From Octopus vulgaris (taxonomy: Eukaryota): a DNA stretch of 64,000 bases. The notes beneath the pieces were generated by a model. That model ran no database searches. It saw nothing but the letters and a program-made list of their open reading frames with translations, and was not told the origin of the DNA. The DNA lies in NCBI GenBank assembly GCA_951406725.2, contig OX597827.1:21762001-21826000 (forward strand). The letters are read 5' to 3'. How positions within the stretch are numbered: the stretch's first letter is position 1; every line of letters begins with the position of its first letter. This document shows positions 26,201 to 39,336 of this stretch, piece after piece. Position numbers and translations under genes: made by a program.

Positions 26201-26405
26201 GAACCATGTGGCTGGAAAGCAAATTTCTTATCAAACAGCCACATTATATATATATATGAAAATTATGTATTAATGGAAAACCTCTATTAATGGCTGATGA
26301 TTGCTCAACATTTTAAAACTGTTGTAATACTTACAACATTTAATAAAATGATGTAGCATGAAACGATCGTACCAAATTACCGAAGTTATTCTTGTTGCTT
26401 ATTTT

Positions 26406-26450
<45 letters not shown>

Positions 26451-27776
26451 TTATGAATTGAAGAAATGGAGTTGAACGAAGATTGAACAGAAATATTGCA
26501 TTCTACACGTGTTTGAAAGGCACAATATTCGATTGAATAATGAGACCATATTGTGTCTTTCTCTTCAGGAAGAAATAGGAAATCCGTTGGAAAAAACAAA
26601 AACAGAACAGAGGCGGAGCAAAACAAATCGAACGAGGCTCCTAAGAGCCCATGGCCAAACGCCTCTGTTCTGTTTTTGTTTTTTCCAACGGATTTCCTAT
26701 TTCTTCCTGAAGAGAAAGACACAATATGGTCTCATTATTCAATCGGAATTTGGTAAATTGTGCCTTTTGAAACACGTGTAGAATGCAATAAAACGATTTC
26801 TGTTCAATCTTCATTCAACTCCATTTCTTCAATTCACTAATAATATTAAAATTCAATTATCCGCACCAACGCACGGTTGCAACACCATATGGTTGTACCT
26901 CCAACCGTGCTGTCTTCTGCTGTGATTTTTGCTACCAAGGTATCGGTTAAACTTTTGATTAATCTGCAGCAAGATTATTCATCTTTCTATTTCACAAAAT
27001 ATATATATATATATATATATGTAAAATAAATGTTACAGATGTAACTATTTCAACCAGTATGTATTTTTTTTTAAAGAGAGTAAGTTGCAATTTGTAGTGG
27101 AATTTGCTATTAATTGTTGCAGGTTTGGTAATTACTTCGAGTTTTTTTAATTGGCATATAATTATATATTTCAATTATAAAAGTTTGCAATTATATATTT
27201 AATAAATGACATGCAGGCTTGCCAATATACATTTGGAGATATTATGAAATGATATTCTAGTATTTTCCAGCTATATTTTAATAACATTTGCAATAATTTA
27301 TTATAAATGACTAAGCTTCAATTAAAATGCACTAATTACGGTAATTTTATACAAAGATTACACCCTGACTGCCTGTGAACACTGCCCTTCCTTATCCATG
27401 AAATGTTTTCCTGTTTTGATAATTTTAGCTTGCACAGACATGCACACAAACAGTCACACACACACACACACACACATGATAATTAATCATTCAGTTATGG
27501 TTCAATTTTTATCATTACATTCATTACCTGTTACCTGGTTGACAATACAATGGAAAAACTTTAAATTTCAAATGTTTGTCCATTTAAAATGCTATCTTTT
27601 ATATACATACACACATACATACATTGGTAGAGGCATAGCTGTGTGGTAAGAAGTTTGCTTCTCAACCACATGAATCTGCGTTCAGTCCCACCTTGGGCAG
27701 GTAGCTGTTTTCTGCTATAGCCTTGGGTTGACCAAAGCCTTATAAGTGGATTTGGTTGACAGAAACTGAAAGAAGC

Positions 27777-27840
<64 letters not shown>

Positions 27841-30800
27841 CTACTTCAACATGGCTGTCCGTTCAAACGGATGCTACTGCTATTTTTTAACATGGCTGTT
27901 ATATAGATTTGATAAAAAGTAGAATTAGTGAATAAGAACATTCAGTTTATTAGTACTGAAGGAATTTATTATGATTGTGGAGTGCCTGAAAAGCCTCAAG
28001 TTTTTGAACCAATCAAATTATTGTCAGCAGTGGCCACAGAATTTGCCTGGAACCAATAAAAGAATAAACAAATGAAACAGCAGTCTGCATGGTTACAATA
28101 TAAACTGTTTTCTTCTGTTTGTTAACAAAATAATCATTGGTAATTAGTAGTATGCAATGTGTGAAATATAATTAAAATAATATTTCTCATGAAAGCTGTC
28201 TCGTTAGCTTGTTTAATTACTCTATTTATCATTCTAATGTATAATTTGATATTTTAGCAATGGGTTTTATTTTATTCTTTTACTTGTTTCAGTCATTTGA
28301 CTGCAGCCATGCTGGAGCACCGTCTTAAAGGGTGTTAGTCGAAGAAATCGACCCCAGGACTTATTCTTTGTAAGCCTAGTACTTATTCTATCAGTCTCTT
28401 TTGCCGAACTGCTATGTTACCAGCATCAATTGTCAAGTGATGGCTAGGGTACAAACATAGACACACAAATACATACAAACACACATACACACACACATAT
28501 ATATAGATGTATATGTGTGTATGTTTGATTGATTGATTGATTGATTCTAGTTTCAGCTCACGAGCTGTGGCTATGCTGGGGCACCGCCATTTGGTGTTGC
28601 TACATGGTTTTATTTCACGAATGCTTTTTAGCAACTGCCATTTGGTGCATGAGAGAGTTCGATGCAGCTGCCCTCATCTGCACCTCCTGCCGTGAAGTTG
28701 GTTCATCTGGGATACCTGACAAGAAGAGATCCAGTTTCATTTTAAAGACATCTGCATCCACCCCATGCAGGTCTCTTAGGTTCTTCAGGAGGATATTGAA
28801 GAGCTGTGGGCCTCAGAAGCCCAGGCTATCACAGTATCTTGTCCTACATCTTGATGGCAAATGTGGAGTCCTTGGCACCACGCAGTGGCGCCCAGTTCTG
28901 GCATTTGTGTAACTCTCGATGCCAAAGTTTGGGACAAGTCCTTCCAGGATCTTCCAGATGTATATTATGGCATATCTTTCTCACCTACGCTCCAAGGAAT
29001 AGAGTTTTAATCTCTTGAGTCTTTCCCAGTAGCTTATATTCTGCACAGAGGCTATCTTCTTCGTGTAGCTACATTGGATCGCCTCAAGTTCTGTGATCAA
29101 CTTGACACTGGATGGTGACCATAGCTGAGAGCAATAGTCAAAGTGGCTTAGGACAAGTGTCCTCCAGAGGACCATCATGGTTTCTTGTTCTCTTGTTCTA
29201 AAGGTTCTGAGAATCCATCCGGCCAGTCGTCTACATTTCATTGCCAATTTAGCAACATGTACACGAAAGGTTGCGTCATCACTCATGTAAATACCCAGGT
29301 CACGCACTGATTGTGCCTCTGGGATTGCGATTCCTCCGGGTCCAGTGTATTTATTGGGTATTGCATTTAGTTTTGCATGCTGATAGCATAAAGCTTGAAA
29401 CTTTTCAGCATTGAACTGCATGCTATTCTTTTCAGCCCACTTGTATATTTTGTCCAGCTCACATTGCAGGCGTTTAGTGTCCTCAGGGTTCTGTATTGCC
29501 TGTGAAACTTTTGTATCATCTGCATAACTTATGATCGTGGCTCTCTGCGTGGCTGAGGGCATGTCTGAGAGGGCCATTATGAACAGTAATGGTCCCAAAA
29601 CAGTGCCCAGCGGAACACCGCTCACTATTTGCGTGTTAATGGAAGTGGCCCCATTGGCTACTACCACCTGACTTCTATCTTTCAGAAAGTCATGAAGCCA
29701 TTCTCCCAGTTTTCCAACTATGCTAAGATCACGCAGTTTGTGACATATCATTCCATGATCGACTTTATCAAAGGCCTTTGCAAAGTCGAGATATATCACT
29801 TCCACATTTGAGTGGTTGAGCAGTCGTTTCAGCACCCAGTCATAGTGTTGTAGGAGCTGAGTTAAGCAGCTTCTTCCTGGTCGGAAACCATGTTGGGTGT
29901 CAGGCAGCAAGTCATTTTCTTCAAGGAAGGTGATCAGTTTCCTTCTGACTATTCGTTCCATGACCTTGCTGATGTGTGAGGTCGGAGAGATAGGTCTGTA
30001 GTTCTTGGCCTCCGCTCTGCTACCTCCTTTATGAATAGGGCATATTTTACCTTCCTTCAGTTTTCTTGGAAGTTTGCCAGCTGCAAGGAAGCTCTGAAAG
30101 AGGAACTGCAGTGGTCTTGCTAGGACTCTCTTACATACTTTTAGGAGGATTGCCGGGAATCCATCGGGGCCAGTAGCTGAGTCTGTTTTCATTTCATCTA
30201 TAGCTTTTATTACATCGTCTTCCTTTATATCGATGTAATCTATCGTCGCTGCCTCTGATTTTATATCTGCAGTGGTAAAGAAGTCAGTTGGATTGGTGAT
30301 TTGGAAATGCCCAAGGGGTGGAGTGAAAACACTCTTGAATTGCTCATTCAGTATTTCACTCATTGGTTTTCCTGTGAGTGTGCCATCCTTTTCAAGGAGT
30401 GGCCCTATCCTACAGTGCACCGTAGCTGTTTCTTTGGCATACCTGTAGAAAGCTCTGGGGTTAGATTTTATGTTGTCTATAGCCCAGGCTTCTTTGTCTG
30501 CTCTTTCCTTTTCATGGGAGAGTTGCAGACATTTTTCAATTTCCAACAGTTTTATTTTCAGGCGGGACTTTTCACTGCTTTCAATTTGTTTGTTTAGGCG
30601 ATTTGAAATTTTTGTACGCCGTCTCATTAAAATTTTCCTCTCTCTGGGGATTTTGTTCTTGTGTACAGTGGCCTTTCTCTCTGGGACACATTTGTAGCAT
30701 ATGGCTTGCATTACAGACATGAATTGTTGAAGTTTCACGTCGATGTCTGGCGAGGAGAAACATTCAGGCCAGTTTTGTTTGAGGATCTCTTTCTCAATTT

Positions 30801-33665
30801 GTTTCCAGTTTGCCTTATGGAAGTTCAAGCTGGAAAGATTCTGAGGGTTTCTTGTAGGCTGCATGTCCATGCTTTCCTTTGGCCCATACATGGTCAGCTC
30901 TACCATGTTGTGATCCGAGAGTAGTGTCGGTGTCACTTTCACATTATGGATGAGATCCATATTATTTGTGAAGCAGAGATCCAGTGTGTTACCTGCCCTG
31001 GTTGGTTGGAGTATTACTTGCTCCATGTACAGGGTGTTGATGAGGTTCAGGAGGGACCTCGCCTGTCCTCGTTCACATCTTGTCATTCCTGGGAGAGAAA
31101 GGCCCTCGGGCCATCTGACATTGGGTAGATTGAAGTCTCCCATAAGAAGTACACTTATGTGTTGTTCTAATGTGATTAGAACTTCTATTTTTATAAGGCA
31201 GTCTTCAAACTTGCCTACATGGCTTGGGGCATCTGGAGGGCGATATGTAGCACACACAACTACATCAAGTTGCCTTATATGTACAATTAGTGTGTCACAC
31301 ACCGAGTTTGAGTATGACAAAAGGACCTGGGGTGTGAGGTCCTCACGGATGTACATAGCAACTCCTCCATGACTCCTTTCTTTTCTGTCGGTCCGTAGTA
31401 CAACATACTGTGGTATGTGTAATTCCGCATCTGCTATGTCCGGTTTCAGGTGCGTTTCCATAAGTGCTATGCATAAGGCTTGATTGCATGCAACGAAGTC
31501 TCTCAAGAACGGGATTTTTGTCCTGTTACTGAGTGTTTGCAGTCCTCTGATGTTCAGTAGGAGCATCGAGGTGAGGTGTATGCTGTTGCCGGTGGTGTCC
31601 ACCTTGGGTCTATTTGCTGTGGTGGTCTTGTATATTGTGGGTAGTTCCATCTGCGAGCTTGGGTTTGATGAAGCCGGGTTAGCTGCTGTACAATCTTTTG
31701 TGCCATGCACAAAAAAGATTCTTGTTCAGCAGCTGCCCTTTCAACAACATCATGTTGGCAGTTTGTGGCACGCACCACATCTGCGTACCTCTGTTTTGGA
31801 GCAGGTGGTGCGTGGTCCATCCCTTTTCCTTTTGTTAGTTTGTTTCTGATCTGTTTCGTGTCTCTGCGGCAGGGTCCCCGATGTGCAAAACAGCAGCCTG
31901 CACCTTCCTCTCCATGCCAGCAGGTACCTCTCAGGTAGAACCTACACACCCGTGTATATATATATATATATACAATTGAAAAATAGGATAAATAGGAGTT
32001 TATCAAGTTTTTAGCGTGAAAAAACCTTATAGGGAAAAATCCATCAATTTTTCCTCTTAAAATATATTTATATTAAGGGCATTACTATACTTAAATGCCT
32101 CACGCTAGGAGAGACTCTTTAAGTCAAAACTACCAAAAATGAATAAACACATTGTATTGAATACGAAGGAATGCAGCTCCCAATATATATATATATATAT
32201 ATGTATATATATGTATATATAACAATTTAACTAGGTGTAAAATACACCTAAGGGATATTAAGTTTATGAAATGTGACATTTGTATAAAATATTTAAACTG
32301 AATTGAATTTATAATTGTTTGGTTGGCCTGTCCAGTTATCATTTTTATCTACTTAACTTTTGAATGGTCAGTTTCCTCATATTGCAATATTATTCCAATT
32401 CACTCCATATTTTCTCCTTGGTCATATCTAGCCAGCCGGCTGTACTGGAATTAGATACACAGAAACTGGAGGCAAATTAGACCCGTTGTGTTTAGTTGAC
32501 TTGGTGTGTGCGGCTGATGAGAATGAATATTGTAAAGAAAGGAAATCCCTTCAAGACAGATCATGTCTTCAACCGAGTCAGTTGAGACCATTTGGGTATG
32601 GACTCTTGAGGTAAGATGTTCTAGAATGATTTATTATTGTTGTTGTTGTTGTTCAATATCATCTTTGCTTTTCATCATTTTGGGGTTAATAAAGTAAATA
32701 CCAGGATTGATGTAATGACTTGCTCTTCTCCTCAAATTGTTGGCGCTTTGCCGAAATTGGAAAGCCCTTTAATACTAGGGTTTTACTCATGATTTTGACA
32801 TATAACTGTGGAAGTATCTTTTTGCCATCATGGGTAATATCAAGAAATATGGCAGACATACAATAATTGTCATGTAACATTTATAACACTTTTTGGTGCT
32901 TATACAAAATTATGAAATGAATATCAATTATCAAAATAAAAATATTTATTCCTTTAAGTTAAAATTATATAAAACAAAATTCCCATTTATATAATTCCTC
33001 TCATAACTTTTCTGTAATTTACTCCCCCTCCTCTTCTTTCTCCTTCTCTGTTCTATGATTCTTTTCTCTCTCTCACACACTGCATGGATCATTCCTTTTC
33101 TCATTGCCTGCCATCAAGCCTAGTATGTGTACCACTCTAAGTATCTCTCTTTTTCACTCTCTCTCCACCCCTCTCTATATGATGTAAAGTGTGACTGGAG
33201 AAATCAATCAAGCAACCAACCAACACACATTTACACCATTTATTATGACTTTACCTTTCATCCTCTTGGGGTCGATAAAGTAAGTTTCAGTCGAGTACTG
33301 GGGTTGATGTAATTGACTAGCTTCCAGCCCCCAAATTTCAGGCCTTGTGCCTATAGTAGAAAAGATAATTATTTCTATTATTAATTTATATGATCTGAAT
33401 AATTGCTTTTGTATATTCTATTCCAAATTTATATTTTTCACCTTGACTAGGTAACTCTCAGCTTCCTCTACGACACTCTGATGGTTAAAGACAAGCATCA
33501 CCAACATACAAGCAATGTTTTTTGTTTTCAGTCTTTCATGGAAAACCTGGTCAGTGGGAAGGTTCAGTCCCATTGCTTGGCACCTTGAATCAGTGTCTTC
33601 TACCATAGCCCTGGGCCAACCAGAGCTTTGTGAGTGAATTTGATAGACAGAAACTGAAAGATGTC

Positions 33666-33751
<86 letters not shown>

Positions 33752-36700
33752 TTGTGGAGTGGTTGATGTTAGGAAGGGCATCCGACTGTAGAAACTATGC
33801 CAAGTCAGACTGCAGCCTGGTGCAGTTCCCCAGCTTACCAGTTTTCAGTCAGGCAGTCCAACCCATGCCAGCATGGAAAACGGATGTTAAATGATCATGA
33901 TATATCATCATCATCATTATCATCATCGTCATCATTTAACATCCTCCTTCCATGCTGGTATGGGTTGGACGTTTTGACTGGAGCTTGTAAGACGGGTTTC
34001 ACCAGGCTCCTTTGTCTGTTCTGGCATGGTTTCTACAGCTGGATGCCCTCCCTAATACTAACCACTGCATAGAGTGTGCTGGGTGCTTTCAATGTAGCAC
34101 CAGCACCAGTATCAATTCTTATGTGGTGGACGGGGTCTTCTAGGATAGAGCAAGGTGCCAGATATCTCAGTCCTTAGTTGTCTCCTTCATAAGGGTCAGT
34201 GTCTTGTGATTGGCCTTTAATACTTCATCTCATCTCTTCCTGGGTCTCCATCTCCCACGTGTTCCATCCACTTTCTGTATGCAACTGTCTACATGCATAT
34301 GCATCAACAGGAGATTGGAAAATTTCTTTTGGCATTAACCATTCACCATTGCACATGTTTCATTTGTTAATAGGAGCTACAAAATTGTACATGTAGGAGG
34401 AACATGTAGGATATCTCCTATTAGAAATTCTTCTGACTGGGATTCTGAATAATACAATATGATACATATATGTGTGTGTGTGTGTGTGTGTGCATACATA
34501 CACATCTGTTGAAACAAACCTAAGTCACTCTGTAATTCTACCAATTACTAATTGTGAGTGAGTGTGGTGTGATTGTGTGTGTATGAGTGTGTGTGTGTGT
34601 GTATGTATACATACACACACGTATGTTGAACTAAACATAAGTCACTCTGTAACTTCTACCAATTACTAATTGTGTGTGTGTGATTGTGTGTGTGTGTATG
34701 AGTGTGTGTGTGTGTGTGTATACATACACGTCTGTTGGAACAAACATAAGTCACTCTGTAACGTCTACCAATTACTAATTGTGTGTGTTTGCGTGTGATT
34801 GTGTGTGTGTGACTGTGTGTGTGTACTGACAAATAGGTGATGTACATTTCCTGGTAAGATGAAGAAAAAGTATGACAATTGCTGAAGACGCTGCTAATTT
34901 GGAAGTCTTCAAAGTATTTCCCTTGGAAATCCGTCCAAATGACAAATGTTGTTTGTTTTATTTTGTAGGCATGGAAATATGTTTGAAGATATTCATTCCT
35001 ACTTCAAGATGTATCTGTAAGTCTTTGTCATTCTCCTTCAATTAATTCATGTCACATAAATTCCTTCCTTCTAATATGTATTTAAATAAAAAAAACAATG
35101 AAATTAAAGTTATCCTGTTAATTAATTATCAAACATTTAATAGAAAGATTTTGAATCTTTTCAGTTTGAACAGCAGTTTTTAACATAATTTCTAGGTAAC
35201 TAAAAAATTTTAAACTTTGTACACTGGTAGAATGTGTTTATAAAACATCTTTTTCTCTTGGCTTTATTGAGAAAATTCTATAGTTTGTAAGATATTTGTT
35301 GTTTTTTTCTTCAATTTTTGCAATTTCAACCAATCACTGACGTCTATTGAGGTAAAATGCATTCTGTGCCATAAGAATATGTCCCTCGTTTAAGAAACAG
35401 ATTGGGTTTATTTACATTTGTGAAGAAAAAAAGATACCCTTGCCCCCACCCCTAACCCTAACTAACCCTAACCGTAAAAGAGATTGAAATGCAATAGATC
35501 GATTCTAGGGTCATAATTATGGGTGACAATTTCATATGACATTGCTAGAAAAAACTGCCATTCAAACCGAAAAGATCCAAGATTTCTAAATAAGTTTGGG
35601 CATCTTTTTATAATAATTCAAAAAAGTAAGAGTTCTACCTGTAGGACTGCCCAAGACCAGTAACTCTTCATAGCAACTAAAAACTGTTGTTATGGTCAAA
35701 AGGAAGTACAAGACCTGAACAGGGTCAGTAGTCTCAGTTGGTTCACGCAAAGCCATTGAATGGTATTTCTCTTCCCTTTGGAGTATTGTGTGAAGTTGTT
35801 CTGTTATGTTGAGGGTTAATTCTTGCTGCCAATCAGTTATGGTTCCCTTGAAAGAGGCAGCTGTTTGTACTTATCAAGGTTTGAACATCCTGCAACTTTA
35901 ATCATGCATTCTTTTACAATTTCCACATCACTGAATGGTTACCGTTTTCCCCCCGAGTATATAAGCTACTGATGTCACAAGTTGGTAATCATGGTGTACT
36001 GGATGGCAATGGGTTCTTGCTAACCAGCCTTGGGTTGTAGTGGTACCAGTCATACAAGGAAATTAAATGAACATTCTAGGGTCACAGTAGCAGGTGTCAC
36101 TATAACCCTTATGACTAACTAACTTTTTAATTGTGGCAGTCGGTCGGGGAGGAGTGTTTTCTTGAATTTTCTTTTGCTCTTTGGTATTTTAGATATGTTC
36201 ATTTTAAAGGTTACAATAAAAAATAATAAAAGACTAACAAAAACATATTAATAAAAATACAAGATTTGTTCTGCAAAATTTGGATTCATTAAAAGGCCTC
36301 ACAGAATGGCCTAAAAGGCTGCTGGTTCTCTCCACCCAGGCTCTAGTTAGATGACATTTTGTTAGAAATCTTGTTGGCACTTCTATACACTCCTTTTATT
36401 GCAGACTATTTCACTATGAAACAGGAAAAAAATATAGACTTATATTTTGTTTTTATAATTTTAGATTTAAACCAACCCCCAAATTGATCCAGCCTGCAAA
36501 CAGAGTAAGTATTATTTTCAGTTTATGTAAAAATTATATTGAGGCAATCATAATCATTTAACGTCCGCTTTCTGTGCTGGCATGGGTTAGACGGTTTGAC
36601 TGAAAGCTAGAAGGAAGGCAGTGAGCTGGCAGAAACGTTAGCATGCCGGGCAAAATGCTTTGCGGTATTTCGTCTGCTGTTACGTTCTGAGTTCAAATTC

Positions 36701-38477
36701 CGCCGAGGTCGACTTTGCCTTTCATCCTTTCGGGGTCGATAAATAAAGGACCAGTTATGCACTGGGGTTGATATAATCGACTTAATCCGTTTGTCCCCTC
36801 TGTGTTTAGCCTCTTGTGGGTATTGACTGAAAGCTAGTAAGCTGGGGAACTGCACCAGGTTCTGATCTGATTTGGCAAGGTTTCTATGGCTAGATGCCCT
36901 TCCTAATGTCAACCACTTTACTGAGTGTAGTGGGCGTTTTTTATGCAATATGTTTTATATTTTCATTTTGATTCCCAGGAAGTGTTGAGGTTTTCTGATG
37001 CATTAACACAAGATCAACTTACCCTTGTTTCTAGGGAAAGTGTAATGTACTCTGTACATGCAAGCATTCATAAAATACTGAGTTCAATCTTCCTGGTGGC
37101 ATCTTAGGCAAATGGTTTTTCCATAGACTTGGATCAGTCAACTCAAGTTTTGTGATTAGCAGTGGATAGATGGAAACTGTATAGAAGCCTCTAATTCAAA
37201 GGTCCTACCTTGTCACACTGTGTGTCAATACTGATTCTCCTAAAGGATTACATGTCTTTGGAATACTCAGCCACTTACACAATAATTTATAAAGTTGGTC
37301 ATAATTACTTACCAAAGTTCCTGTCATTCCATTTCACAATGGCAGGAAAACATTAGTGGCAAATATGTGGATCAACTGATATTTCCTTGCTTTTCTAAAG
37401 TTCATATTCTACTAATGGTTCTGATTGACCAGCAACATTGTGGAGAGCAGATTAGTTGATACTATCACCGCCAAGTTCTTGACTGGTACTTCATCAACCC
37501 CTGAAAGGATGGCAGGCGAAGTTGACAAAGGTAGAATTGGAAACTAGAATTTTAAATAGTGGAAGAAATACCAGATGGCATTTTATCCCACAACAGATCT
37601 GCCAATCCAACACCCTCTCATATTCCAACAATGAGACAGAGATTCCATTAAAGTCTTTCATAAATTCCTTTGGTGATTAAAAGAGGGAATTGCTACTTTA
37701 CAAAAAAAATATATAGATATGAACTGTTAGAAGCTGATTTCTTGGAATTATTTCAGACTCCTCAGTGGTTCTGGTGTCCATCATTTTTAAGTTTTCACTC
37801 TCTAGAATAGTTGATGTTACAATTTTCAGCAGCATCACAAAAATTGAGGACAAGATGTCTGGTTAAAGATAATTCTGATGAATTTTACTTAGATTTATAA
37901 CAGAAAAATCTGTCATCAATAACTGGTTTCTATTGTTAAATGATTTTGTGAATTAACTGGTAAAGAAACAGATTCATGAGTTTCTATTTTCTTGTAATTG
38001 AAGAATACAATTTTTTATTTCAGCCACAGCCAGAACAAAATAGAAGTAAGTAACAACAAATGTCTTTATTTATTCATCTTATTTATTTATTTATATTGCA
38101 ATTTGAAAGACATCATTGTTGGCTCCATCGAGCAGAAGTAGGTGGGGAGCATTATAGCCATGATGTTGAGAGGAATTCTTTGGTGTTGGAATAATTCACC
38201 TCTGGAAACATAGTTGTTTCATTCAGCATCTTTAAACAACCCTTATTCAGGGACTTTTTGAGCAGGATGGGCTACTCAACCCGAAGAAAATTCTAACTGG
38301 GCCCTACTGCAAGGTCATGTGCTATTTATCTTGATATGAGACCACTATGTTGTGCACATATGGTTGTGATGCATGAGCTTGGTGTACTTTTATCAGACGG
38401 GTAGTCATGATGGGTATACTGGGCTTTGTGTATTTTACCCCAGTGTCACTTTGATGGCATGCATTGCTCTCTCACTC

Positions 38478-38515
<38 letters not shown>

Positions 38516-39284
38516 TGATGATAATAGTAGAACTGTTACAAAAGGTTTGCCTCCTCGGCATGACCAGAATAATCAGGAAAGTATTAGATAACTGAAAAGA
38601 ATGGATAGCATGGTACCGTAGGCTGCAGGTAGCAAGCCCTCTATGCATGCAGGAGCTCCAACAAAACCTGTGATAAATAGAAAAAAAAATAATAATCATA
38701 ATAATAATAATCGTCATCATCGTCATCATCTTGAAATAGAAATTGGCAAAATGTGGAACCTCAAGACTTAAACAATACCTGTTGTCATAGGTGCCCTAGG
38801 AATGATAGCAAAAGGGACTGATTGCTACCTAGCTCAGAAACCAGGAAACCCCAAAATGGTAGAAATTCAAAAGATAGTGCTCATGGGAACTGCCCATATC
38901 CTATGTAAAATACTGTCTATGTAATCTCAAATTTTAAAACAAACTTATAATTTTATTATGGTTTTTAAAACATTCTCTAGAACAATACTATGTGCAAAAC
39001 CAAATATATGACACCCTAGGCATAACACTAACATGAACTACTAACTTGTTGTCTCTTGAGGTCTCTGTGTGAGACTTAGAGTCAACTTGTACAAATACAA
39101 AGCAAAAGTCAAACATAATAATAATAATAATAATAATCGTCATCATCTTGAAATAGAAATTGGTAAAATGTGGAACCTCAAAACTTAAACAATACCTGTT
39201 GTCATAGGTGCCTTAGGAATGATAGCAAAAGGGACTGATTGAGACTTAGAGTCAACTTGTACAAATACAAAGCAAAAGTCAAAC

Positions 39285-39336
<52 letters not shown>

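Noticed and set aside
28981-28983. TGA as selenocysteine or programmed read-through in LINE ORF2
   Set aside because: More simply explained by CGA-to-TGA deamination in a dead copy; no SECIS evident
34494-34810. CRISPR-like repeat-spacer appearance
   Set aside because: Eukaryotic intron, spacers are (TG)n microsatellite, no cas genes
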